Below are positions 14,050 to 28,227 of a stretch of 64,000 bases of DNA, piece by piece. A program made the translations under genes and the position numbers. Source of the DNA: Octopus sinensis. Its lineage: Eukaryota. The notes under the pieces were generated by a model. That model had not been told where the DNA came from, did not search any database, and saw nothing but the letters and a program-made list of their open reading frames with translations. Location of the stretch: the NCBI RefSeq assembly GCF_006345805.1, contig NC_042999.1:22940001-23004000 (forward strand), written 5' to 3'. Numbering within the stretch: the first letter of the stretch is position 1; each line of letters starts with the position of its first letter.

Positions 14050-14220
14050 CAACAAATTGAGTGTACCTGGGCATCTTTAAAGCGTGGAAACAAATGACGA
14101 CGTGGGACACACCATACATGGTTGACTCCTTTCTTTGTGAATTTTTGTGGAGAAGGGGATACGAGAAAGATAATTCATTTTGTAAAATCCTAGACTGCAT
14201 TGCAGACTTTCGTTCTTAAG
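14050..14220 (+). pseudogene. Merlin/IS1016-like transposase C-terminal fragment
   Basis: QIECTWASLKRGNK*RRGT..MVDSFLCEFLWRR fits the Merlin pattern IES.W...K......G.....L.SYL.EF.WR. Confidence 0.65.
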
Positions 14221-15179
14221 TTTTTTTTAAACTAAGAAACGTCTGTTTTAAGCAATAAATGTCTGTTTAAGACTTGTATTTCTAGCAACTCTTGTTGGTT
14301 TGCTCGTAGCTTTTAAATATTTGATTTGCTCGCGAAACTCTTTTAATGTTTTTCACTGCTTACTGTAGCTAGTTTAATGTTTTGACACGTCAGTGTTCCC
14401 CACTACGTCTTTCTCGCTTCTGTGACAGATGAAGGAAGAAGCAGCGAACGCGCTGTTTTCTGATTGACTGAAAATTCTGAAAATTATCAAACTTTGAACA
14501 CCTGAAATATTTTCGCCAATTTTTTCTGGAATAAATGAATAACGAAAATTACATCTATATGATACATTAAAAAAAAATTTTAACGATAATTGTAAACTTA
14601 CAAATTCAAGCTTTGGTCGACCTGAGGCTATAGTAGAAGACACTTGCCCAAGGTGCCATGCAGTGGGACTTGAACCCGGAACCATGTGGTTCGTAAGCAA
14701 GCTACTTACCACACAGCCACACTCCTACGCCTATGAAGTTAGATGAAAACTTGCTGTCGTCGTGAATAATAACGTCTTACTCCGCTAAGAAGAGAGTATG
14801 ATGTATTACGAATGACCTCTTATATCGGTTTGTCATGCGATGATATTATTATGATGAATATCAAGGAAGAGACGTGAGTATTTATTTGTTAAGAGAACAG
14901 ATGCTAAGAACAGTGGACAGCGACATATCGCCTTCGTTGTGAATTATTTATTAGTTTAACTACTTGGAACGTATTGTGACAAAAACAAACAGCCAATGCA
15001 ACAAGACAACAAAGAAGAGGCTACGTGGTTGCTCGGTTTGCTAGAAATAGCAACCAAATCACCCTCAATTTACACATCACTGTTTTTAGTAAATAACACA
15101 TTGGATAATTTGGTCTTAGGTTCGTTACACACACAAAAAAAACGTAATTGTCATATGTTTTTTTTTTCTTCTTGCTGGT

Positions 15180-15350
15180 CTGGAGTAAGGGCCACTCTCT
15201 TTAGCCTTCGCAGGTCCTCCTACATTGGTGAGATTTTGATGGCAGTAATTTTCCTCTTGAGCTTTTGAAAGTCTACACCTGCTGGAAAGATATGAACAGG
15301 AAAAGGAATTCCAGAATGAACGATGTTCTGGGAAGGAAGAACTGGGGGCG
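15180..15350 (-). mobile_element. L2/CR1-like LINE 3' fragment
   Basis: Decayed F.PRT..LWNSLP...FP...F.K.K motif. Confidence 0.45.
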
Positions 15351-15382
15351 GGGTCAGTGATTACTGTAGGACAGTGGTTCTC

Positions 15383-15608
15383 ATCTGCCTTTAGTCGAGC
15401 AAATCGACCACAGGACTTATTCTTTGTAAGCCTAGTACTTATTCTATCGATCTCTTTTGCCGAACCGGTAAGTTACGGGGACGTAAACACACCAGCATCG
15501 GTTATCAAGCGATGTTGGGGAGACAAACACAGACACAATACATATACATACATATATACATACATACATACATACATACATACATACATACATACATACA
15601 TGCATACA

Positions 15609-15658
<50 letters not shown>

Positions 15659-15832
15659 TATATATATATAATATACGACGGGCTTCTTTCAGATTCCGTC
15701 TACCAAATCCACTCACAAGGCTTTGGCGGCCCGAGGCTTAAAGAAGGACACTTGCCCAGGTGCCACGCAGTGGGGACTGAACCCGGAACCATGTGGTTCG
15801 TAAGCAGCTACTACCACACAGCCACTTCTGCG
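15383..15832 (-). mobile_element. SINE family S1
   Basis: Same consensus with an expanded internal (CATA)n/(TA)n tract. Confidence 0.85.
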
Positions 15833-16267
15833 CTTATACAGTCAGGGGATAAGCAGCCACAACCTAATATAAAATATAAGATATCATTGTGCTTTACAAA
15901 GAATATAAAGTACTTATTAAAATGCATAGCAGTCAAGGGTTAACCAACAACAGCCTTGTGCAAAACATTCATAAAATATGAGACATTAGAGTGCTATACG
16001 GACAATATAAAATACTTATTCAAATATATAAGAGCGAGGTAGACGTGCGGAAAACAAGAGAATACAATGTGTTTATTAATTGCATCAGATATATTATCTT
16101 TTGTTTTGCTATGAAATAATATGCTATTTCTGTTGTAACGTACAGTGAATATACTAAACATTGTCTGGGATAAATTATCGAATTCCTATCCTCTATTGTT
16201 GTTATTCTTCGTTCCTCTGGTTTCTTGTTAGCCTAATTACCAGACGTGCATGACCCGATTGTTTGTT

Positions 16268-16307
<40 letters not shown>

Positions 16308-16387
16308 AGGTAGATAGACAGACACTTGGGCATATACGTAAACTCATATATAGATATTGTGTACTTCGTAACAGCTGGCGATTAAAC

Positions 16388-16450
<63 letters not shown>

Positions 16451-16454
16451 TTAA

Positions 16455-16983
16455 ATGCCCTGGTGCAGTACCAGTCAGTGGCTCTCATGGCTTCTGATCT
16501 TAACTGATTGGAAGTGTTATCATGTACATTGTTTTGTCTTGATATAAAAGATGAGCTACAGCAAATATTCTGCTCAATACCACAGATTTGCTTGTCAGTT
16601 GCTTGATCTTAACCAGTTGAGCATGTCCCTTAGTGGCCTACGATATGTGCATCTCTGATCCCGAGCAGAAGTAATGGGGGAGCATCATGGCCATGTGTTG
16701 AGAGGGATTCTTTGGGGTTTGAATAATTCACGTTCAACATCCTTAAATATTCAGGGACCTTTTGAGCAGGATGGGTTACTCGACAAGAAGAAAATTCTAA
16801 CTGGGCCCCACTGCAAGGTCATGTGCTGTTTATCTTGATATGAGATTACCATGTCGCGCACATATGGTTGCGATGCATGTGCCTGGTGTACCCTTATCAG
16901 ACGGGTAGTCATGATGGGTATACTGGGCTTCGTCTATTTTACCCCAATGTCACTTTGATGGCATACAATGCTCTCTCACTCAA
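16455..16983 (+). mobile_element. About 556-bp (AAT)n-associated element, copy 2
   Basis: atgccctggtgcagtacc...ctctctcactcaataat, preceded by (aat)n. Small internal deletion. Confidence 0.85.
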
Positions 16984-17101
16984 TAATGATAATATTATAT
17001 GTATATATATATACAGACACTCAGATACTGAGACTTGTTTATCCTAGATAGATCAATTAATAGATAGATAGATACACACACACATCATACATACACATAT
17101 A

Positions 17102-18340
17102 TACGAGGGTGTGTAATTTATTAAAACAAAAGCAGGGATTGATCAATTACATCATTGTTCGACATAGTCTCCTTCCTTTTCGATACACTTCCATCGATCT
17201 ACAAACCTGCTTACTCCATCGGAGAAGAAGGTTTTCTGTCGATCGCGCGGCCATTTGTGCACCGCTCCTGTGCCTCTTCGCCTGCAGCAAATCGACGGCC
17301 TCATAAAGAATATTTGAGAGTTCCAAAGAGGTGAAAGTGTGAAGGAGCGAGTCCTAGACTGAATGCAGTGTTCGAACAACATGAAATCCAATTTTTCAAT
17401 GGTCTCAACGGTATGGACGATCGTAAGTCGGCGTGCATTGTCGTGCAACAACAACACTTGATTTGACAACAGACCGCTGCATTTGGTGCGAATTGCAGGT
17501 TTCAGTTTGTTGGCCACCATTTCACTGTAACTTACACTGGTGACTGTTAACTCCTTTTCTAGATCATGTTCGCCGGGCGAAATGCGTAGCATCACTTTTT
17601 TTTTCTGTGGATGGCTGGGTTTTGAATTTCCTTTTCGCTGGCGATTCCGGGTGTTTTCACTCCGTACTCTGCCTTTTGGATTCTAGTTCAAAGTGATGGA
17701 TACGGGCCTCATATCCTTTGACTATTCTCTCCAAAAATGCTGGTCTTTATCATTGTAGTGGTCGAGTAAGCGTTAACAGATCTCCACACGATTACGCTTA
17801 AGTGCTTCGATAAGCTTCCTTGGTATCCATCTCACACAGAGTTGTCGTGGATGGTTTCGTATGTAGAACCATGAATATTTTGCAGAGGACATGTCATCTA
17901 ATCGATTGTCACTTGTCGGTTCGCCAGAACCATCTCCCGAGCTTGTTGAATCTTCACCTCAGAGGTGGAGATTAATGGGCGTCCTGCTCCATCTCGTGCT
18001 TCACCTTTGTCTGTCCATTTTTAAACGTCTCGAACCACTCATGCTTCTACACGGTAGAGCTCTATACCCATATTGTATGGAAAACCTGCAATAAATTTCA
18101 GCCCTGACACACCTTCAGAGCCAGAGAAAACGGGTCGCTAATTTCAGTTCTTCCTTGGTGCACATGGCCAGCTGATCGACCATATTTACTCTGTAACATA
18201 AAAAAAAAAAAGAAATTTGGGCGATCAAGGTCCAGCCTCTGTTACATAACCACAAAAGTACCACTTTTTAGCACGCGGGCGCGGAAGGCAGGGCAGTCAA
18301 CCAAAAAGAAGTCTTTTGCAACATATAACGGGTATAAGCC
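17102..18340 (-). mobile_element. Mariner transposon, transposase pseudogene
   Basis: RFLW.EG..GAEI, WF..FKNG, GRP, LLHDNAR, decayed YSPDLAP and RW.KCIEKEGDYVE. One end begins tacgagggt after TA. Confidence 0.85.
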
Positions 18341-18345
18341 TGTGC

Positions 18346-19390
<1,045 letters not shown>

Positions 19391-19498
19391 AAACATACAT
19401 ACGTACATAATACATACCTATATACATACATAATATACATAATACATACCTATACAGAGATAATAGACAGAGGCAGACAGACAGACAGACAGACAGAC

Positions 19499-19581
<83 letters not shown>

Positions 19582-19672
19582 GCGTGATGTCTGAGTTTGT
19601 AAGATAGTGACAGTGTATAAACAACTAGATACACGAACACACGTCGATACACAGGCACGTGTGTGTATGTGT

Positions 19673-19727
<55 letters not shown>

Positions 19728-20214
19728 TAGTGAGAGAGAGAGAGAGAGAGAGAGAAGTGATGATTGGAAGTATGTAACAAATACAGAGCGACTGTGCTAT
19801 ATGTTTTTCAATACAAAATTCGACGTAATCAAAAGACAATCTCAATTAATGGACTTAAAACAACACAACTACGAAAAAAATAAAAACAAGGAAAAAAGAA
19901 AAGAAAGATGACATTATTTCGTCTATCGCAGCCAACAGTAAATTCAATAAGTAGCAATAACAAATAATTTTCAGAGTCTTATCGATCTAGCTTTCCCCCA
20001 ATTACATCGACGTTTAATCGACACTGATCAATTAATCTACACAAATATTTTATTTGGCTTAATGCTTTGAAAATCTTCAATATCCGGAGAGAAAGACAAA
20101 TAGCAAATACTACTCTTCTGGAAATCAAATGAATTCTTCGTAATTATTTAAATCTTGATTTCGGTTACTTCTACACCAATGCTATGTAATTTTCGCATTA
20201 TCGATTTGTTTGAT

Positions 20215-20247
<33 letters not shown>

Positions 20248-20984
20248 TGAAATCTGCAAATTCTTTACGTTCGATTATAGATTTAAGAATAAAGAAGTAA
20301 AGAAATAAATTGGTAACATATGCAGACTTGAATAGAATTATTTCGGCTATTCACTATTGATGTTATTTTGGCTTTGCATTTCATCATTGCATTTAATGGA
20401 CATTTCTTTGTATTTTTAGTAAATTAAAGGTTTCCGTCACTGTGCTATATTGTACGGTCAGTTATTGGAGCATAATGAAACCTGATAGTCTTAGATGATT
20501 CGCAGTGAAAAATATGAATTGAATAAGAAAGAAAAATGGTTAGCATTAACGAAAATATAAATTTCGCGCTTCGGATAAAGGATTTCAGAATTCTATAGAG
20601 ATGAGAAAGTAGATTGATGGTTATCTTTATTTTTTATTATTATTATTATTATTTGTATGATTCGTTTGTCTCTCAAACCATTAATCGATAGAAAAGATAA
20701 AATAATGGATTTGAACGAAAATCGAAACTGTAGTCATGGGCTTCGCTTGTGATGAGCTCATCTTCATTGAACACTTTTGAGCATCTTTTCGGGGTCGATT
20801 TAAAAAACAAAAAAGTATCAGCACAGGTAGGTAGATTGGCGGAATTGTTAGAGTATCGGATAGGATACTTTCTATTATCCGTTCCGGCCCTGTGCTTTCT
20901 GAGTTCGAATCGCGTCTCGTCACCGGAAAATGGTGTCACTTCTGTTAGGCGTTGCGACCTTTGTTGGGGGTTATTTAGTTGTTT

Positions 20985-21243
20985 GTTCCTTCTTGGGCCA
21001 TGCCTGGCTCATAAAGGCCGGTTTCCCATCTGGTCCGTCGCAGGTGAGCTGCATATGCAGAAGGAAAGCGTGAGAGAAGGTTGTGGCGAATGAGTCAGCA
21101 GAAGTTCGCCATTACCTTCTGCCGGAGCCGCGTGGAGCTTAGGTGTTTCGCTCATAAATACACACATCGCCCAGTCTGATATTCGAACACACGATCCCTC
21201 GACCGCGAGTCCGCTGCACTAACTACTAGGTCATGTGCCTCCA
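20985..21243 (-). mobile_element. SINE family S3
   Basis: Reverse complement of the head and tail of the 57608-57905 copy. Confidence 0.75.
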
Positions 21244-21616
21244 CGATTATTTAGTTACTTATGTCTTACTATGTTATCTCAGATTTTGCTGAGATTGACT
21301 TAGTCTTTCTTCCTTCGCGATCGATAAAATAACAGTATCAATCAAATACTGGTTACATTTAAGCGACTGTATCTGCAAATGTCTTCCAACACGACATTTA
21401 CAGTCTTGTACATATGTTAGAAATTATTATTGTTATAAATCAAATTCTCCGAATCCTACACAAGCTGTTTGGATCACTGACTAAGCCAAATGGATTGTTA
21501 TAATTCTGCTGCTTGACATGCACGAAAATATCAAATATACTAAGCAGCTGTACCTAACAATCTAGTAATAATAGGTTGTTTAGTAGCGTCATATTGCATC
21601 ATATATTACGCTGGTG

Positions 21617-21850
21617 AAGGCGGCGAGCTGGCAGAAACGTTAGCACGCCGGGTGAAATGCGTAGCCGTATTTCGTCTGCCGTTGCGTTCTGAGTTCAAAT
21701 TCCGCCGAGGTCGACTTTGCCTTTCATCCTTTCGGGGTCGATAAATGAAGTACTAGTTACGCACTGGGGTCGATATAATCGACTTAATCCCTTTGTATGT
21801 CCTTGTTTGTCCCCTCTATGTTTAGCCCCTCGTAGGTAGTAAAGAAATAT
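21617..21850 (+). mobile_element. tRNA-derived SINE family S2, full length, with TSD
   Basis: ggcggcgagctggcag...gagttcaaattcc...tttagcccctcgtaggtagtaaagaaata. TSD atatattacgctggtgaa at 21601-21618 and 21851-21868. Confidence 0.9.
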
Positions 21851-21869
21851 ATATATTACGCTGGTGAAT

Positions 21870-23305
21870 TGGATCAATCGTTACAGAGGTGGCTAAAAGC
21901 TTTGGCAGGATAACACACGGTTTATGTTGCAGGGTTCGAATCCTGCCGAAATCAACTTTTCTTCTCGTCGCTCCAGGATCAATAAATTAAAGTACTGGTC
22001 TGGGGCGGTGGATTGCAAGGTTTGTTAGAGCTTCGTACAAAATATTTTGTGGCATTTGTATCGGATCTTTATGCTATGGGTTCGAATCCTGCCGAAATCA
22101 ACTTTTCATTTCGTCGTTCCAGGGTCAATAAATTAAAGTACTGGTCTGGGGCGGTGGGTTGCAAGGTTTGTTAGAGCTTCGTACAAAATATTTTGTGGCA
22201 TTTGTATCGGATCTTTATGCTATGAGTTCGAATCCTGCCGAAATCAACTTTTCATTTCGTCGTTCTAGGATCAATAAATTAAAGTACTGGTCTGGGGCGG
22301 TGGGTTGCAAGGTTTGTTAGAGCTTCGTACTAAATATTTTGTGGCATTTGTATCGGATCTTTATGCTATGAGTTCGAATCCTGCCGAAATCACTTTTCAT
22401 TTCGTCGTTCTAGGATCAATAAATTAAAGTACTGGTCTGGGGCGGTGGGTTGCAGGTTTGTTAGAGCTTCGTACAAAATATTTTGTGGCATTTGTATCGG
22501 ATCTTTATGCTATGAGTTCGAATCCTGCCGAAATCAACTTTTCATTTCGTCGTTCTAGGATCAATAAATTAAAGTACTGGTCTGGGGCGGTGGGTTGCAA
22601 GGTTTGTTAGAGCTTCGTACTAAATATTTTGTGGCATTTGTATCGGATCTTTATGCTATGAGTTCGAATCCTGCCGAAATCAACTTTTCATTTCGTCGTT
22701 CTAGGATCAATAAATTAAAGTACTGGTCTGGGGCGGTGGGTTGCAAGGTTTGTTAGAGCTTCGTACAAAATATTTTGTGGCATTTGTATCGGATCTTTAT
22801 GCTATGAGTTCGAATCCTGCCGAAATCAACTTTTCATTTCGTCGCTCCAGGGTCAATAAAATAAAGTACTGGTCTGGGGGCGGTGGGTTGCAAGGTTTGT
22901 TAGAGCTTCGTACAAAATATTTTGTGGCATTTGTATCGGATCTTTACGCTATGGGTTCGAATCCTGCCGAAATCAATTTCGCTTTTCGTCCTTCCGGGTT
23001 CGATAAAATAAAGTGCTGATCTAGGGCGGTGTATCAGAAGAGTTATTGGAACGTTGCACAAAATTTATTGTGATATTTGTATCGGATCTTTATGTTAAAA
23101 GGTCGAATCCGGCCGAACTCAATTTGGTCTTTCATCGTTCCGGACTCGATAAAATAAAGTACCAGTCAAGGGCGGTGGATTAGAAAGGTTGTTAAAGTAT
23201 CGTACAAAATGTTTCATGGTATTTGTATCGGATCTTTATGCTATGAGTTCGAATCTAGCAAAGGTCCCTAATGCATTTCGTTCTTTCGGGTTCGATAAAA
23301 TATAC
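21870..23305 (+). repeat. Tandem array of about 10 x 146-bp units derived from a tRNA-SINE head
   Basis: Unit boundaries at about 22001, 22147, 22293, 22438, 22583, 22729, 22875, 23022 and 23168. Each unit has a B-box-like gttcgaatcc. Confidence 0.93.
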
Positions 23306-23858
23306 TACTAATGAAAGTATTGGAGTGCAGTCGTTACCCCTTTAGTTGACGCTCGAGTCAAGAGCGAGAAAAGTGGAGGGGATCTGTGTCCAGCCAACAG
23401 CATGGGGACTCAAAACATGAGCGAAGATATGGCTTATGCTACTGCTAAACCGTATTTCATTGCCAATTATATGCAGTTTATCTCAAACTTTTGCCTTTAG
23501 TGAAGCACATAGATTTCAAAGTAGCTCTTATTTAAAAATCAAGGTTACGATATCATTTTCCTTCACAATATGTTCCTTCGCTGCTTCCATAAGTGACTCT
23601 TAATATATGTGATAACTATAAGGCTTGCAAATACCTACTGAGTCATTTTAAAGTCCACGATCTATAAAGAGCACAAGCTAAAAGGTTTCAGTAATGTGTT
23701 CGTTGGTCAGGCGGAGTTTTGTATGTCAAGTACACGTCTTTTTGAATGCATCCTCTCTTCATTTCATTTAGCTGAGTATGACTTGAAGGAGATGTATGTG
23801 TACACATACGTACATACATACATACATACATATACATTTACATGAATATATACACACA

Positions 23859-23889
<31 letters not shown>

Positions 23890-23904
23890 GCGCGCACACA
23901 CGCG

Positions 23905-23938
<34 letters not shown>

Positions 23939-24022
23939 CATATATATTCACACATATACACATATGCATATATATATATATAATATATACACTCACATAT
24001 ATGCATATATATACATATATAT

Positions 24023-24086
<64 letters not shown>

Positions 24087-24094
24087 GCATATAT

Positions 24095-24487
24095 AGGTGC
24101 AAGTGTAGCTGTGTGGTAAGCAGCTTGCTTATCAACCACATGGTTCCGGGTTCAGTCCCACTGCATGGCACCTTGCGCAAGTGTCTTCTACTATAGCCTC
24201 GGGTCGACCAAATCCTTGAGTGGATTTGGTAGACAGAAACTGAAAGAAGCCTACGGTATATACGTACATATATATGTATGTGTGTGTATATCTTTCTGTG
24301 TCTGTATTTGTCCTCCTAACATAGCTTGACAACTGATGGTGGCCTTGTTACGTCCCCATAATATAGCGGTTCGGCAAAATAGACCGATAGAATTAGTCCT
24401 AGGCTTACAAATTCCTTGGGTCGATTTACTCGACTAAAGGCAGTGCTCCAGCATGGCCGCAGTCAAATGACTGAAACAAATAAAGGT
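24095..24487 (+). mobile_element. SINE family S1, full length
   Basis: Same consensus. Confidence 0.85.
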
Positions 24488-24843
24488 AAAAGAGTAAGAG
24501 TATGCATATATATGTATATATATACATATATATCTATATAGGGCATATATATATACAATGCATATATATACTTATATATGCATATATATACACATATATA
24601 TGTATATGTATATTTATGCATATATATGTATATATACACATATATACGTATATATATGCATATATATATATACATATATATGTGCATAAATATACATATA
24701 CATATGTATAGACATATATATATTCATATATGTGTACATGCATATATACATATAACATATATATGCATATATGTATATGTATATATATGCATATATGTAT
24801 TCATACATATATATATATTCATACATATATATATTATATATAT

Positions 24844-24875
<32 letters not shown>

Positions 24876-24920
24876 ATATAATATATATATATATACATAT
24901 TATATATATATATATATATA

Positions 24921-24956
<36 letters not shown>

Positions 24957-26055
24957 ATATATATATAATATAATATAATATATATATATACATATATACA
25001 TGTATACATACATATATATATATACACGTGTTTGCGTGTGTGTGTGTAGGTTGGTATCTATTCCAGTAACAAAACAGAGAACGACTGGAAAGTCCGTTGT
25101 TGCATTGTTGCAGATCTGCTACATTAATTTTGATTAATGAGGCAGGCCACAGAAAGTGATTTTTCTACAGTCGTTGTTTTAAGACAGACTCTCAAGGTGA
25201 CCTCACTATTTCTTACGACTAATAAACATTCGATATAACGATATGGTAACGATTAAAAAAAATGCAAACTATCGTTTTCTTATTTAAAAGCAATCTTAGG
25301 TATTGTTGCACTCACATTTGAATGTCTAAATACAAAATTTGTACGTTGGTATGTGGTTAAGAAGCTCGCTTTTAAACTAAATGGTTTCGTGTTCAGTTCC
25401 ACTGCGTGGTAATTTAGGCTTATGTTTTCTATTATAGCCCAAGGCCCCACAGTACTTTTTGGGTGAATTAAGTATATATATATATATTATATATATATAT
25501 ATATTATATAATATATATATATATATTCTTTTATTTTTCAGCGGCCATGCTGGAGCACCGCATTTAGTCGAACAAATCGACCCCAAGACTTATTCTTTGT
25601 AAGCCTAGTGCTTATTCTACCGTTTTCTTTAGCCGAATTGCTAAGTTATGGGGACGTAAACACACGAACATCGGTTGTTAAGCGAGGGTGGGGGACAAAC
25701 ACAGACACACAAACATACACACGCGCACACACACACACGCACGCACATATATATAATATATATATATGTGTGTGTGTGTTTGTATTTATTTATAATGCGT
25801 GTGTGTCTTTGTATTTGTGCTTGTCCCCCACTACCAGTTGATAACCGGTGCTGGTTTGTTTATATCCCTGTCATAGCGGGTCGGCCAAGAGACCAAGAAT
25901 GGAAGTACTAGATTTCAAAAAAATAAAAAATAAATAAAAAATAAGTATTTGGGGCTATCTGTCCGACTAAACCTTTCATGGCGGTACTCCAGCGTGGCCA
26001 CAGGCTAATGTCTGAAACAAGTAAAAGAAGAAAGATTAAAGATATAGCACCTCAC

Positions 26056-26151
26056 GGCAACCCAGTCGAAGCGATATCGTGCAGCCGACTGAAGGGTCAC
26101 GAACGGATGGCTTCTCAGCGTTTCAATGCCGTGTCCGTAGTCAAAATCCAT
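26056..26151 (-). CDS. Possible first coding exon of an unidentified minus-strand gene
   Basis: ATG-initiated 32-codon frame MDFDYGHGIETLRSHPFVTLQSAARYRFDWVA ending at gcc|gtgagg. Locally GC-rich and preceded by a CT-rich leader. No homology recognised. Confidence 0.25.
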
Positions 26152-27832
26152 TTCACTCAAGTCCAATTGAAATATAGTTCAAGAAATTATAATAGGCATA
26201 ATCTTATAATAATTCTGCTCGTCACTCCGTTACTTAGCCCGTCCGTAACGCTTCCATGTGATCAGTCGAAGGTAACGGGGAGAAATAGGAGGGGTGGCGG
26301 AGAGATGTGTGTGGAGGGGTGTGGAGGGGATGAGAGGAAGAGGTGATGGTGAGTGAAATGTGTAATTTTCTTTTTTTGAACTAAGTTTATTTTTCCTCCG
26401 TTACTCAGCCCGTCTGTAACGCTTTCGTGTGATTTGTTGAAGGGAAAGGCGAAGAGCGAAAGAAAAAGGAGAGAGAAGAAGAAGGTAAGGTGAAGAGTAA
26501 GCGAGAAAGAGTGAGAGTGTTGTGTATTAAGTCTATAAAATTGTGCATAAAGTATATAAAGTGTATATATAAAGTACATTAAGTAATCATCATATTCCAA
26601 TTTCTTTCACATTTCAATGAGTAGCAGATGAGCGACTATCTTTTGATACAGGCACAACACAGGCTACGCTTCCAGGTTTTTTAGATAAACATTTCAGAAA
26701 TAACCCAATAAGTTTAGCAAAAATTCTGTGAAATATTCATTGGTCCCACTTGTCAGTATTAATTTGGGATTAAAAGTAAGACGGTGAGCAAAATGCTTAA
26801 CGGTATTTCATCTGTCTTTACGTTCTGAGTCCAAATTCCGCCGAGGACGACTTTGCCTTTCGCTGTTTCAATTCCCAGACCGGGCGTTGTGAGTGTTTAT
26901 TGAGCGAAAAACTTTCGGGGTCGATTAAATAAGTACCAGTTACGCACTGGGGTCGATGTAATCGAGGTCGATGAAATAAGTACCAGTTGAACACTGGAGT
27001 CGGTGTAATCGACTAAATCCCTCCAGCTGCATTGCTGGCCTTGTGCCAAAATTTGAAACCGATTTGGGTAAAAAGTGCAATAGACCTGATGTAGTTCGAT
27101 CCTCGAACTACACATCTCTCGCTTTCTAAAGAACTATATTACCAATTATACTACAGAGTACTTACCGTTTATAAATTGTTTCTACTATTGTCACTGCATT
27201 ATTTTTCTCTTTAATCTCTTTCAGATATTTAGTCATTCACTAGCGTTATCAGAATAAAATTATTCTACTAATTGCCCAACATTACATTAAAAATATTAGC
27301 ATCCAATTAATTTGTAGTCGAAGGAAATTTCATTAATGATTACTTGTTTTCCTGCTGATATGAAAAATTTTAATCTTGTACCCTGTGATTTCCACGATTG
27401 ATTTGATGGATCTTGTATCGGTTTGGACAGAACTTCATATAATGATATCAGTGGTTAAATATTCTACTGACATCAAAATAATTTTTTTTAATTCTCGTAG
27501 GAGTGGCTGTGTGGTAAGTAGCTTGCTTACAAACCACATGGTTCCGGGTTCAGTCCCACTGCGTGACACCTTGGGCAAGTGTCTTCTATTATAGCCTCAA
27601 GCCGACCAAAGCCTTGTGAGTGGATTTGGTAGACGGAAACTGAAAGGAGCCCGCCGTATATATGTATGTATACATATATACGAGTTGCCGATTCGTATAA
27701 TGGTGCAAGTATTATGTTATGTAATAAGAAATAGCAAAATGCTTAGATTTTAAATCATATATTCCATCCATTGACCCGGTTGTGATTCAATGTACTAGTT
27801 CTTTTGTGTAAGTACTGATCGCTCATATGCAG

Positions 27833-28009
27833 CCAATCGTCACTCGTAAACCCGTGTTTTAGTAACATGCACCCTGCTTTCGTGAATTGCTTAAAGTGCC
27901 TATAAAATCACCTGCAAACATAAATACCCCTCAGTCCCTTTCCTTTGACTTATTAGAACACCCAGCTCCAGAATCTGTCAGCTGATGAGAAAAATACGCG
28001 CTAGTAAGT
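27833..28009 (+). promoter_or_regulatory. Candidate Pol II core promoter and short first exon
   Basis: CCAAT at 27833-27837, TATAAAA at 27901-27907, Inr-like TCAGTC at 27931-27936 (TATA 32 bp upstream of the Inr A) and donor cta|gtaagt at 28003/28004. Confidence 0.5.
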
Positions 28010-28227
28010 CGGTTGCTATCTCTTACAGCTCAGTAGACTGGGTCAACAGGAATTGAAGTGCCTTGCTCAAAGACACACCGCACCAACCAAACCGGAAGCT
28101 GAACCTACGACTTAATGGTCCTCAGCCAACAATCTAACCACTTGGCCACGCGCCTTCACATAGCTTGTATCACCGTAACGTATTTCATTAGTTTGTAGGA
28201 TTTAATTAATATCCTGCATTGTGTTCT

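Noticed and set aside
21870-23305. CRISPR-like array
   Set aside because: Units are contiguous with no unique spacers, there are no cas genes, and the context is eukaryotic. The unit is SINE-derived.
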